NCBI GenBank assembly: GCA_032230165.1
Contig: JAVXVR010000589.1
Coordinates: forward strand, 1 to 32,653
Direction of reading: 5' to 3'
Source: Acidobacteriota bacterium
GTDB lineage: Bacteria; Acidobacteriota; Blastocatellia; Pyrinomonadales; Pyrinomonadaceae
DNA: 32,653 nt
In this document: positions 7,251-15,746 of the stretch, piece by piece
Layout of the letters: every line of letters begins with the position of its first letter
Numbering within the stretch: position 1 is the stretch's first letter
Notes under the pieces: model-generated
Databases searched by the model: none
Seen by the model: only the letters and a program-made list of their open reading frames with translations
What the model was told of the DNA's origin: nothing
Program-made: the position numbers and the translations under genes

Positions 7251-10200
7251 TTAAGGCAGCGTTTCGAGGGTGACGAAGAAGCGGAAGCCGCCCTGTTGCT
7301 GCACACCGAGCAAGAACTGCACGTTGATGGACGCGCCCGGGGCGAGCGGCGTCGCCACCGTGATCGTCCCTGCTGCGAGCGTCGAGTTATAGCCCCCGCC
7401 GATTGTCTGCGTGGGCGGCGTCTCCAGAGTCAGTCCCTGCACAGTGACCGTCCCTCCGCCGCATGCCGGGCTGAGGGTGACGGTGGCTGTCGTCGAGGCG
7501 CGCGCGCGCAGGTCTGCGACACCGACGGGCACGGGAAGCGTCGTGACGTCAACGATGCGGAAGCGCAACTGCGTCACGACCCCGCCCGTGTTGTTGGTGA
7601 ACCGCCGCCGGACGGTGAGCGTGCCGAAAGTTGAGTTGTTCGGTATGTCAGCCGTCAAGTCGCGCACGCGGTTGGGCGGCGCGGCGTTGGACTGGCACGC
7701 GTCGATGAGCGACGCAGGGAATTGCGTCGTGCGCTGCACAGGGCTAAGGGTGTTTTCCGGACCGGGCGCGCCGAGCGACGACTGGAGCGCGCTGAGAATT
7801 CCTCCAGTGGTCGAGACGAACATGAAGTCCGACGCGTTGTCGCCCGTGTCCTGCGGGACGCCGGTCGTCAGCTTGCGCAGGAAGCTGTGCTCGCTATTGA
7901 CGGTGATGCCGGCGATCGGTAAAAGACTCGTTCCCTCGGTGAACAGCGTCGTCCCTGTGATCCCCTGGAAGCCGACCGCGTCGAGGCGCGAGTTGGTGCC
8001 CCAACTTGCCGCCGTGGTCGTGCTAAAGACCGCAACGCCACCGCCATCAACGATGCCGGTCGCGTAGGTCACGTCGCCCGCCGTGCCGAGGCTGTAGCCG
8101 CTCGCGCCGTTGTTCGTGCCGAGGTAGTGACCGCGTGCGGGGATGAGCGTGCCGTTCGGGATGGTGAAGCGCGTCGAGAAAGTGCCCGTGGTGTTGGTGC
8201 CGACGACGGCGTAGCCCGTTCCCCCGGCAGTGTCGGAGACCAAGATCGGCGAGTTGGTGTTGTTGTAAAGCTCGATGAACTCGTCGTTGCCGCCTGCCGT
8301 GCCGTGTAAGCGAAACTCGGAGATGAGCAGCGGGCTCGGCGGTGCAGCGCCCACATAGAAGACGCCGTTGGTCGTCGTGCTCTGCCCATCAGGGTTGGTG
8401 ATCGTCACGTTCTTCGCGCCGTTCGGAGCGGCGGTGGTGTCGAGGTTGAGCGTAACGTGCGTTGGATCGGTGTAAGTGACGCTGTTGACGACAACGCCGC
8501 CTGAGACCGTCGCCGAGATGTGGTTGAAGGGCAGGGCGGGCGGCGCGAGGTTCGCGCCCGGATCGTAGAACTCCGAGCCGGAGACGGATGTGCCCGTGAT
8601 GGTCACATTCGTCGAGGATGAGCCGGAAGGGACGCTAAACGTGCTTGCCGTGTTCGGCGCGGCGGGTGGCGGCGCAGCCAGCTTGACGACGCGCACGCCG
8701 TAAGAATTGTTGGCGTTGCAGAACTCCTGAATCGTCCACATCGTCATGTCGTCCTTGGGATCGACCGAGGTGAACGAGTAGTCGCCCCAGCGGCGCGGCG
8801 GTCCGGGGTCTGACGGGGGGTTGTAGTTGCCGGTCGTCGCGGTGTAGATGTTGACCGCGCCCGTCGTGCCGAGCGTGTCGGTGCGCAGACGCCCGTTGGT
8901 CGCTGCGTCGGCGTGGAAGGGCGTGCCAGCGGTGCTGTAGCCGAAGGCGGCATGCCCCTGCCCCGAGACCCCAACGGTCGGAATCCAGTACTGGCGCGCG
9001 AGGGCGACGGTCGCCGCCGAATCGAAGATCGTGCCCGACTGGTTGACGGTCGGCGTCCCCGTCGTCGGCGGGACGATCAACTCGTACCAGCGGACGCCGT
9101 TGCGCCGCTGCGTGTTGGAGTTCGAAGCGACGCCCGCCGAGGTGATCGCGAGGTTATGCGCCGTCCAGAGTCTGCCGTTGCGTATTTGCGCGGCGTAGAG
9201 GCGGTCGTCGAGCGAGTCGAGGTTGCCGTTGGTGCCGCCCGTATCTCCCAAGTGGTCAACGGTGATGGGGAAGGATGTCGTCGCGGGGGTGGTGATGAGG
9301 ATGTCGGCGGAGATGGTCGGCGTCCCGCTCGGCGTGCCGATGCGGCGGAAGATGAGCCGACCGAAGGCGGCGTTGCTGACGCCGATAAAGTAGCCTTCGG
9401 TCGCCGCCGGGTCGTAGTTGTCAACGCCGCGCGGAGTGAGCATCCCGTCCGTCGTATTGGGATCGGGGATAAGCCCGCGGAAGGCGGTCGAGACGACAGG
9501 TCCGCCGCTTAAGACCGAACTCTTGCGGATGACGAAGGCTGAACAGCCGATGAACGAGCCTGACACCGCGCCGAACATGTTGCCGCCGATGTAGAGCGCG
9601 TTCGCATCAACGCCGAGCGACGGGTAGTCGAGAAACTCGCCCGAGTCGCCGCCGCCGACCGTGTTCTGCTGGACGAAGTAGAACGTCCAGACCGTGCTGC
9701 CGCTGATGACGCCCGCGCTCGCCGCGTCCGAGACTGCGATGAGGACGCGGTTCGGGAGGTCGCCGACGGCGCTCTGACTCGGCACGTCGATGATGGTCAG
9801 TATCCAGCGCCCCGACAGGCGGTCGTAGCGCACCTGTGGATCGCTCGTGAAGTTAATGTTCAGACTGCCGCCGGAGACCGGCGTCATCACCGAAGCGAAG
9901 AACACGTTGGGGTCGGCGTTGATTTCGCCGTCCGCCGCGCCGGTCGCCTTGTTGAAAGTGCGCACGCGCCCGTTGACGAAGACGACGAACTGCGTGGGTC
10001 CGACCGCGCCCATCGAATCGGGCGGGAACGAGCCTGTATCGGCAAGCGTCGCGCCGGTGAAGCTCGTGCCGAGGGTCTGCGGCGCGTTAATGGTGTTCGG
10101 CGATCTCGTCGCGCCGCCCGCCGACTTCGCGCCGGCGGGGGCGTCCTTCAGGGAAGCGCCGCCTTTGATCACCGACGCGCCCTTTAGCACGGGCGCGACG

Positions 10201-10682
10201 CCGGAAGAGGGAGTGTTCGAGAGCGGCAACGCATCCGGGTCTTGCGGCAGGTTCTTGCGGCTCGGAAGCTCGTGCTCCTTCATCAGCCGGGGCGTGCGCT
10301 CAAACGCCGGGGCGTTACTCTGCTCGCGCATGATCTCGTCGGTCAGCTTCTGCACACCGGGTTCGCCTGTGGTTGGCACGCCGATGGTCTTGCCATCCGG
10401 AGTCACTGATCCGGGTGCGCTGTTGGAGTTGCGGTCTTGCGCTCCGGCTCTCATCCGTGCGCGGGAGCTGCGTTCCTTCTCGCGCTCCCGCTCGCTCTGA
10501 CGCGAAGCAGGGGCGACGGGCGGCGTCGTCTCGCCCGGGGCGACGCGGATGGCGGTGCGCCTCTGGGCAAGTGCGGGCGAAGCGGTGGATGTCAACAACA
10601 CGGCACACAGCGCCGTGGCGACGTAGCGGCGAACGAGGAGTCCGAGCCGAAAGACGTAGCGCGAAGAGGGGGGATATTTCAT
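7251..10682 (-). CDS. Large secreted multidomain protein (1143 aa): propeller/sialidase-like core, IPT/TIG-like domain, lamin-tail domain (LTD)
   Basis: Signal peptide ...LCAVLLTSTASPALAQ, followed by a low-complexity region. The central region has repeated beta-strand-rich motifs (DPQVRYDRLSGRWILT, RNGVRWYELIV, RRWGDYSFTSVDP). An IPT/TIG-like segment follows (NVTITGTSVSG...VTITNPDGQS). The LTD signature is LLISEFRLHGTAGGNDEFIELYNNTNSPILVSD. Confidence 0.7.
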   Translation of the reverse strand: MKYPPSSRYVFRLGLLVRRYVATALCAVLLTSTASPALAQRRTAIRVAPGETTPPVAPASRQSEREREKERSSRARMRAGAQDRNSNSAPGSVTPDGKTIGVPTTGEPGVQKLTDEIMREQSNAPAFERTPRLMKEHELPSRKNLPQDPDALPLSNTPSSGVAPVLKGASVIKGGASLKDAPAGAKSAGGATRSPNTINAPQTLGTSFTGATLADTGSFPPDSMGAVGPTQFVVFVNGRVRTFNKATGAADGEINADPNVFFASVMTPVSGGSLNINFTSDPQVRYDRLSGRWILTIIDVPSQSAVGDLPNRVLIAVSDAASAGVISGSTVWTFYFVQQNTVGGGDSGEFLDYPSLGVDANALYIGGNMFGAVSGSFIGCSAFVIRKSSVLSGGPVVSTAFRGLIPDPNTTDGMLTPRGVDNYDPAATEGYFIGVSNAAFGRLIFRRIGTPSGTPTISADILITTPATTSFPITVDHLGDTGGTNGNLDSLDDRLYAAQIRNGRLWTAHNLAITSAGVASNSNTQRRNGVRWYELIVPPTTGTPTVNQSGTIFDSAATVALARQYWIPTVGVSGQGHAAFGYSTAGTPFHADAATNGRLRTDTLGTTGAVNIYTATTGNYNPPSDPGPPRRWGDYSFTSVDPKDDMTMWTIQEFCNANNSYGVRVVKLAAPPPAAPNTASTFSVPSGSSSTNVTITGTSVSGSEFYDPGANLAPPALPFNHISATVSGGVVVNSVTYTDPTHVTLNLDTTAAPNGAKNVTITNPDGQSTTTNGVFYVGAAPPSPLLISEFRLHGTAGGNDEFIELYNNTNSPILVSDTAGGTGYAVVGTNTTGTFSTRFTIPNGTLIPARGHYLGTNNGASGYSLGTAGDVTYATGIVDGGGVAVFSTTTAASWGTNSRLDAVGFQGITGTTLFTEGTSLLPIAGITVNSEHSFLRKLTTGVPQDTGDNASDFMFVSTTGGILSALQSSLGAPGPENTLSPVQRTTQFPASLIDACQSNAAPPNRVRDLTADIPNNSTFGTLTVRRRFTNNTGGVVTQLRFRIVDVTTLPVPVGVADLRARASTTATVTLSPACGGGTVTVQGLTLETPPTQTIGGGYNSTLAAGTITVATPLAPGASINVQFLLGVQQQGGFRFFVTLETLP

Positions 10683-10744
10683 GTCAGCCTTTCTCGGTTT
10701 AAGGGAACTTGGTTAAAGGTTGATTACGTTCAGAGACGTTACTC

Positions 10745-10962
10745 TTGGAGGAGGTGATGCGAACGTCTCGGACGCGACTACTTCAAAAGTGCTGAAAACA
10801 ATTCGGCGCGCTGAAAACTTAAAACGCCGGGTGTGCCTGCTTGGAAGGTCTTACGAGGTTGGAGGCTGCGAACGCCTCGGTCGCAACTGCTTTATGTCTA
10901 TGAAAAGCTATTCCGCACGCTGGAACTTAAAACGTATGGGTGTGCCCGTTGGCAGGTCTATC
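10745..10962. repeat. Tandem duplication of a ~108-109-nt non-coding element upstream of the 7251..10682 gene
   Basis: Unit 1 (about 10745-10853) and unit 2 (about 10854-10962) share conserved blocks. These are GCGAACG(T/C)CTCGG(A/T)CGC(G/A)ACT(A/G)CTT, TGAAAA, ATTC(G/C)GC(G/A)CGCTG(A/G)AACTTAAAACG and GGGTGTGCC..TTGG.AGGTCT. The GCGAACG blocks are 109 nt apart and the CTTAAAACG blocks 108 nt apart. The region is visibly less GC-rich than the flanking genes. Confidence 0.8.
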
Positions 10963-11099
10963 TCTCAAGGGCGGAGATAGCGGAGATTAACCTTTGCTCC
11001 GCATTATTGTCAATTGATTTACTACCTCGCGCCGTAGTTGCGCGCCGCCCGCGCCGACGGCGCGCACGCGACTCTGGGCGGGCAACGCGGCGGACGCCT

Positions 11100-11627
11100 T
11101 TAACGGCATTTCCAGATGCGACCTTCGCTGCCGCGCGTGAGCGTGTAAGTGCCGATGGTCTGCCCCCGTTCGGTGAGTGTGACGGTGAGAGTCATCGTCT
11201 GATCTTTAATCGTGCCGGTGTAGCGTGCGGACTGGCTGATGGGTGTGATGCCGACACGGATCGGTCCGGGCGACTCACGGACGTGCGTGCCCTTCGCGTC
11301 GAAGCGACCTTCGCTATCGGCGATGAGTGGCTCGTCGATCTTTCCGTGGGCGCAGTCGTATTCGATGGTCGCGCCGCCCTCCGTCAACACGAGCCGGATG
11401 TGATCGCCGCCCCACACGCCTTCCGCCGCGCGCGCCGTCCGTTTCTTCAGGGTGTGATTCACTTTCTTCTGCTTCGATCTTTTCTTCTGCGACGTGATCC
11501 GGTGTGCCCTCGCACCGGCGGTGCTCTGCCCACGCACGTCTCGCGGCGCGGCGTAGCCCCGTCCCTGTGAAAGAGTCAGGAGCAGAGACACGGCGAAGAC
11601 GAGCGACGTAAATTTCCGAGCAAGCAT
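11100..11627 (-). CDS. Small secreted protein of unknown function
   Basis: 175 aa. The signal peptide is MLARKFTSLVFAVSLLLTLSQGRGYA. A basic K/R-rich linker follows, then a beta-rich domain containing a Cys pair (EYDCAHG...RIWKCR). I do not recognise the family. Confidence 0.55.
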   Translation of the reverse strand: MLARKFTSLVFAVSLLLTLSQGRGYAAPRDVRGQSTAGARAHRITSQKKRSKQKKVNHTLKKRTARAAEGVWGGDHIRLVLTEGGATIEYDCAHGKIDEPLIADSEGRFDAKGTHVRESPGPIRVGITPISQSARYTGTIKDQTMTLTVTLTERGQTIGTYTLTRGSEGRIWKCR

Positions 11628-11732
11628 CCGTATCCTTCGGCGTCAAAGAGAGTGTGCGATCTATCCGGCTGACATCGTAGCACCGCCGCCGCCTCGGATG
11701 CTACGCGCGCGCGTCTGCGTATACCGCACCGC

Positions 11733-11760
11733 TTGACAGGCGGCGAGCGCCTCTTTTAAT
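11733..11760 (+). promoter_or_regulatory. Candidate sigma70-type promoter for the 11947..14240 operon
   Basis: TTGACA (about 11733-11738), a 16-nt spacer, then TTTAAT (about 11755-11760; 5 of 6 matches to TATAAT). This would imply a ~190-nt leader. Hand counted, no experimental support. Confidence 0.35.
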
Positions 11761-11946
11761 GTATCGCTTCTTCGTTCGAGGACGGTAAGCCTCACCTGAG
11801 CCAGTCTCGCGTGAACAACCACTAACCAGCCAGCACGAAGGAACCTTACGCCCCCAATATCATCGGAGAATTGTGTCCGCGCGCCGCGCGCCTCAGACGC
11901 AACGCTTCGTCAACCCTCAACACTCGCAATGTAAGGAGAAGTCTGT

Positions 11947-12501
11947 ATGCACATCAAGCGAAACGCAAAGCGCCACGGGAGCGCCGCGCGCGCCTTAGCC
12001 CTCGCCTGCCTGCTGCTCTTTGGCGCGGGCGTGGCGTTCGGGCAAGACACGCAAGCGCCCGCCGCCGCCGCGGATCAGGAGTTTACCGTGACCGATCTAT
12101 TGAAGCTGCCGGGCAGAGTCGTCGGCAAAGGCAGCAACACGACGCCGAAGGGATTACACAAGCTGCGCTCTTACCGCGTTGAAGAGGTGGCGCTGCCGCA
12201 CATCACGAACGTCGAGCTGAAGGGTCAGCACGTCCCCGTCACGAAAGCTTTCCGCGTGACGATCACGGGCGGACCTTTCGCCGTGCGCGCGCTGCCGCCG
12301 GTCATCTGGCTCGACGACGTGGCGATAGGCTACGGCATCGAGAGCGAAGACCTCGACGCCATCACCGTCGTCACCTACGACGAGTCGCTGCTGCGCGACG
12401 GCGCGACGATCTATCTCTCCTACGGCGACAAGGAGAACAAGCAAGAGCGCACGGCGCTGCCGGAGAAACTGAAGCTCGGCACGAAAGGAGTCCAACCGTA
12501 A
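11947..12501 (+). CDS. Secreted protein of unknown function, translationally coupled to the downstream hydrolase
   Basis: 184 aa. AAGGAG lies about 10 nt upstream of the ATG. The signal peptide is ...ALALACLLLFGAGVAFGQ. Its stop overlaps the next start (TAATG at 12499-12503). Confidence 0.6.
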   Translation: MHIKRNAKRHGSAARALALACLLLFGAGVAFGQDTQAPAAAADQEFTVTDLLKLPGRVVGKGSNTTPKGLHKLRSYRVEEVALPHITNVELKGQHVPVTKAFRVTITGGPFAVRALPPVIWLDDVAIGYGIESEDLDAITVVTYDESLLRDGATIYLSYGDKENKQERTALPEKLKLGTKGVQP

Positions 12502-14240
12502 TGCGTAAGACCCTCACGACTTTCACCCTCGCACTGTTCTGCGTCCTCGCGTGCGCCGCCGCAGTGGCAGCGCAGACGCCCGACCCCGGCACGACCGGAG
12601 CTTACGCCGTCACGCGCGAAGAGTACGACTACGGCAACCTCGCCTTTCAGCCGAGCGGCTTCCCCTCGGCGGTCGAGCTGAAGGCTTCCGTTCACCATCC
12701 CACCGACATGACGGGCGGACCCTTTCCCCTAATCGTTTTCCTCCACGGCAGGCACGCCACCTGTTATCGCGGCACGACCGCAAGCTTGCGCTGGCCCTGC
12801 GCGGCTAACCAGCAGCCGATCCCAAGCTACCAGGGCTACGATTACATCGCGCAGACGCTCGCCAGCAACGGCTACATCGTCGTCTCCATCTCAGCCAACG
12901 GCATCAACGCCTTCGACAACAACGTCAACGATCTCGGCATGCAGGCGCGCGCCGAACTCATCGAGCGTCACCTCGATCAGTGGCGCACCTTCAACACGAC
13001 GGGCGCGTCGCCCTTCGGCACGAAGTTCGTCGGCAAGGTCGATCTCACGCGCGTCGGCACGATGGGTCACTCGCGCGGCGGCGAGGGCGTCGTCAAGCAC
13101 TACGTCTATAACGCGAGCCTCGGCTCGCCCTACACCGTCAAGGCGGTCTTCCCGCTCGCGCCCGTTGACTTCAACCGACCCGTCGTCAACAACGCCGCGC
13201 TCGGCGTCGTCCTCCCCTACTGCGACGGCGACGTGAGCGACAATCAGGGCATACACTTCTACGACGACGCGCGCTACAACGTCGCGGGCGACACCGGCGC
13301 GAAGCACACCATTCAGGTGATGGGCGCAAATCACAACTTCTACAACACCATCTGGACGCCCGGCATGTTCGCCGCGGGCACGGCGGACGACTGGAATTCG
13401 GGCGTCTCCGGCGGCACGAGCGATCCGCAGTGCGGCACGGTCGCGGGCAATCACCGTTTGACGAGCGCGCAGCAGCGCGGGACGGGTCTCGCTTACCTCT
13501 CCGCCTTCATGCGCGTCTATGTCGGCGGCGAGACGCAGTTCACGCCCATCCTGACGGGCGCGGCTGCGCCGCCCGCTTCGGCGCAGACGACCGATCTGCA
13601 CGTCTCCTATCACGCGCCCGACGCGGCGACGAAACGGCGCGACGTGAATCGCTTGCTCACGGCGACGAACCTGACGACCGACACGCTCGGCGGCGCGACG
13701 ACGCAAACGGGGCTCACGCCGCACGATCTCTGCGGCGGCAACTCGCCAGAGCCGCAGCACTGCCTCACGGCGGCGCAATCAACGAGCCGTCAACCGCACA
13801 CCGTGCCGAGCGCGCGTTCGTCTCTGCGGGGCTTGAGCCAATTGCGCACCGGCTGGGCGTCGGGCGGCGCGAGCTACACGAACGATCTGCCCACGGGGGC
13901 GCGTGACGTGAGCGCGTTTCAGGCTTTGCAGTTCCGCGTCAGCGTCAACTTCGACGATGCGCGCAACGCGAAAGCGCCGCAGAACTTCTCGGTCGTCCTC
14001 ACCGACGGCGCGGGCGCGCAATCGAGCGTGCGCGTCGGCGATGTGTCGAGCGTGCTCTTCTACCCGCCGGGCACGACAGGTCCCGTGCCGAAAGTGCTGC
14101 TCAACATGGTGCGCCTCCCGCTCACCTCTTTCACGGGCGTCAACCTGACGGACATCCGCTCCGTCAAGTTCCAGTTCGATCAGACCGCGCAGGGCGCGCT
14201 CCTCATCTCCGATCTGGCGTTCGCCTCCGCGCCGAACTGA
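12501..14240 (+). CDS. Secreted alpha/beta hydrolase (lipase/esterase or PAF-acetylhydrolase-like) with a C-terminal beta-sandwich-like domain
   Basis: Signal peptide MRKTLTTFTLALFCVLACAAAVAAQ. PLIVFLHGRHA is oxyanion-region-like. The nucleophile elbow is GTMGHSRGGEG (GxSxG). The candidate acid residue lies in PYCDGDVSD and the candidate His in MGANHNFYN. About 200 aa of unassigned sequence follow at the C-terminus. Confidence 0.7.
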   Translation: MRKTLTTFTLALFCVLACAAAVAAQTPDPGTTGAYAVTREEYDYGNLAFQPSGFPSAVELKASVHHPTDMTGGPFPLIVFLHGRHATCYRGTTASLRWPCAANQQPIPSYQGYDYIAQTLASNGYIVVSISANGINAFDNNVNDLGMQARAELIERHLDQWRTFNTTGASPFGTKFVGKVDLTRVGTMGHSRGGEGVVKHYVYNASLGSPYTVKAVFPLAPVDFNRPVVNNAALGVVLPYCDGDVSDNQGIHFYDDARYNVAGDTGAKHTIQVMGANHNFYNTIWTPGMFAAGTADDWNSGVSGGTSDPQCGTVAGNHRLTSAQQRGTGLAYLSAFMRVYVGGETQFTPILTGAAAPPASAQTTDLHVSYHAPDAATKRRDVNRLLTATNLTTDTLGGATTQTGLTPHDLCGGNSPEPQHCLTAAQSTSRQPHTVPSARSSLRGLSQLRTGWASGGASYTNDLPTGARDVSAFQALQFRVSVNFDDARNAKAPQNFSVVLTDGAGAQSSVRVGDVSSVLFYPPGTTGPVPKVLLNMVRLPLTSFTGVNLTDIRSVKFQFDQTAQGALLISDLAFASAPN

Positions 14241-14268
14241 ACGCGCCCGACGGGCACGCTGCTCCCCA

Positions 14269-14307
14269 CAGGGACGCTGGAGACATCTCCGGCGTCCCTG
14301 CTCTTTT
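14269..14307 (+). terminator. Rho-independent terminator of the hydrolase operon
   Basis: CAGGGACGC, a 14-nt loop, then GCGTCCCTG, followed by CTCTTTT. It lies 29 nt after the stop at 14240. Confidence 0.7.
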
Positions 14308-14573
14308 GGCAACCCGGCAAGTGTGAGCTTGAAGCCGATTCGACGAGCGATGAGACGACGCTGAGCTTGTCGTGATTCGCCGGGTATGTCTTCCGGCTAA
14401 TATTTCCTGTAGTATATGCGCCGTCGGTCTGACCCGTCCCGTTTTCTCTTCCTTGAACGTGAGATCGTAAACTAGAATCAGGAGGAGAGCTTTTACGCTC
14501 CGCTTTTGGTCAAGGCAGTCGGCATGACTACAAGCAAGATAATTCTTTGAACGAACAGGGTTAAGAAAAGCAG

Positions 14574-15392
14574 ATGACCCCAGAGACAGAAACCACTACC
14601 GCCGAGACTTCGCAAGCAGGCAAGTACGTCTATTGCATCATCGAAGCCGACGAGCCGCGCTCGTTCGGCGCGATGGGCATCGGCGCGCGCGGCGACGATG
14701 TTTACACCATCCACCACAACGGGCTCGCGGCGGTCGTCTCGAACACGCCGCTCGTCGTCTACGACCCGACGCGCGAGAACGTCTTCGCGCACGAGCAGGT
14801 GAACGAGACCGTGATGCGCGAGTTCACCGTGCTCCCGATGGCGTTCGGCGCGCTCTTCCGCACAGAGGACGACATCATCGAGCTGATTCGCGGCACATAC
14901 GACGCGCTGCGCGACGTGCTCGCCAAGATGGAAGGCAAGGTCGAGTTCGGTCTGAAGGTCAACTGGGATCGCGATCAGGTCATCGGGCAACTCGAAGAGG
15001 AGAACGACGAGATCCGTCACCTCAAAGAGCAGATCACCTCGCGCGCCACCGGCTCGACCTACTTCGCGCGCATGCAGCTCGGTCGCCTCATCGAGACGGC
15101 GCTCTCCGATCAGGCGGACGCCTACATCCGCGAGGTCTATTCCGCCTTGCGCGACACGGCGGTCGCCTCGCGCGCCAACAAGCCCATCGGGGATCGGATG
15201 ATCATGAACGCCGCGTTCCTCATCGAGCGCGACCGCGAGGCGGAGTTCGACGCGAAGGTCAAAGAGATCGCCGCCAAGTACGACAGCAAACTCTCATTTA
15301 AGTACACGGGTCCCTGGCCCCCCTATAATTTCGTCCACATCCGCCTGAAGCTGGAGCGCGGCGAGGGCGCGACGGAAGTCATCTCGAAGTAA
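14574..15392 (+). CDS. Gas vesicle protein, GvpL/GvpF family (paralog 1)
   Basis: 272 aa. Family hallmarks: YVYCIIEAD..., DDVYTIHHNGLAAVVSN, ENVFAHEQVNETVMREFTVLPMAFGALF, a coiled-coil middle region, and a C-terminal FKYTGPWPPYNFV. Confidence 0.9.
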   Translation: MTPETETTTAETSQAGKYVYCIIEADEPRSFGAMGIGARGDDVYTIHHNGLAAVVSNTPLVVYDPTRENVFAHEQVNETVMREFTVLPMAFGALFRTEDDIIELIRGTYDALRDVLAKMEGKVEFGLKVNWDRDQVIGQLEEENDEIRHLKEQITSRATGSTYFARMQLGRLIETALSDQADAYIREVYSALRDTAVASRANKPIGDRMIMNAAFLIERDREAEFDAKVKEIAAKYDSKLSFKYTGPWPPYNFVHIRLKLERGEGATEVISK

Positions 15393-15416
15393 ACGGGTCA
15401 CGCGGGAGTCGAAGCG

Positions 15417-15743
15417 ATGTTCTTCATAGACGATCTGCTGCTCGCGCCGGTCAACGGCTTCAAGTTCATCCTCGGTCAGATTCAGAAGATGGCTGATCAG
15501 GAGTTGAACGACGACTCGCTCATCAAGGAGCAACTCTTAGAGTTGCAGATGCGTCTCGAACTCGAAGAGATTTCCGAAGAGGATTATGCCGCGCAGGAGG
15601 CTGTGCTCTTCGCGCGCCTGCGCGTCATACGCGCGCACCAGCTCGACCTGCTCCATCAAGTCCACACCGCCGAGTCCACTTCCATCGTCATCGAAGCGGG
15701 CGGCGACGAGGGCGACTTCTGGGAGCCGGGCGGGGGGAAATAA
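15417..15743 (+). CDS. gvpG: Gas vesicle protein G
   Basis: 108 aa. MFFIDDLLLAPVNGFKFILGQIQKMADQELNDDSLIKEQLLELQMRLELEEISEEDYAAQEAVLFARL closely matches the GvpG pattern (MF..DDLLL.P...l.fv...i...A..E..D...i...L.eLq...e.GEI.EeEY...E..L..RL). GGGAG lies about 8 nt upstream of the ATG. Confidence 0.9.
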   Translation: MFFIDDLLLAPVNGFKFILGQIQKMADQELNDDSLIKEQLLELQMRLELEEISEEDYAAQEAVLFARLRVIRAHQLDLLHQVHTAESTSIVIEAGGDEGDFWEPGGGK

Positions 15744-15746
15744 GGC

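Noticed and set aside
10720-11570. Plus-strand ORFs 10720..10980 (86 aa) and 10833..11570 (245 aa) over the tandem-repeat leader
   Set aside because: 10720..10980 lies in the lower-GC repeat region, has no SD, and encodes a peptide with odd composition. 10833..11570 is R-rich and mostly antisense to the well-supported secreted-protein gene 11100..11627. Both are treated as non-coding.
12891-14312. Minus-strand ORFs 12891..13778 (295 aa) and 13779..14312 (177 aa)
   Set aside because: Both are antisense to the alpha/beta hydrolase gene, R-rich and of low complexity, and carry no motifs.
14524-14550. Mini-ORF ATG ACT ACA AGC AAG ATA ATT CTT TGA (MTTSKIIL) just upstream of the first gvp gene, as a possible leader peptide
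   Set aside because: No SD is present at a proper distance and the codon content is not distinctive. There is nothing to distinguish it from chance.
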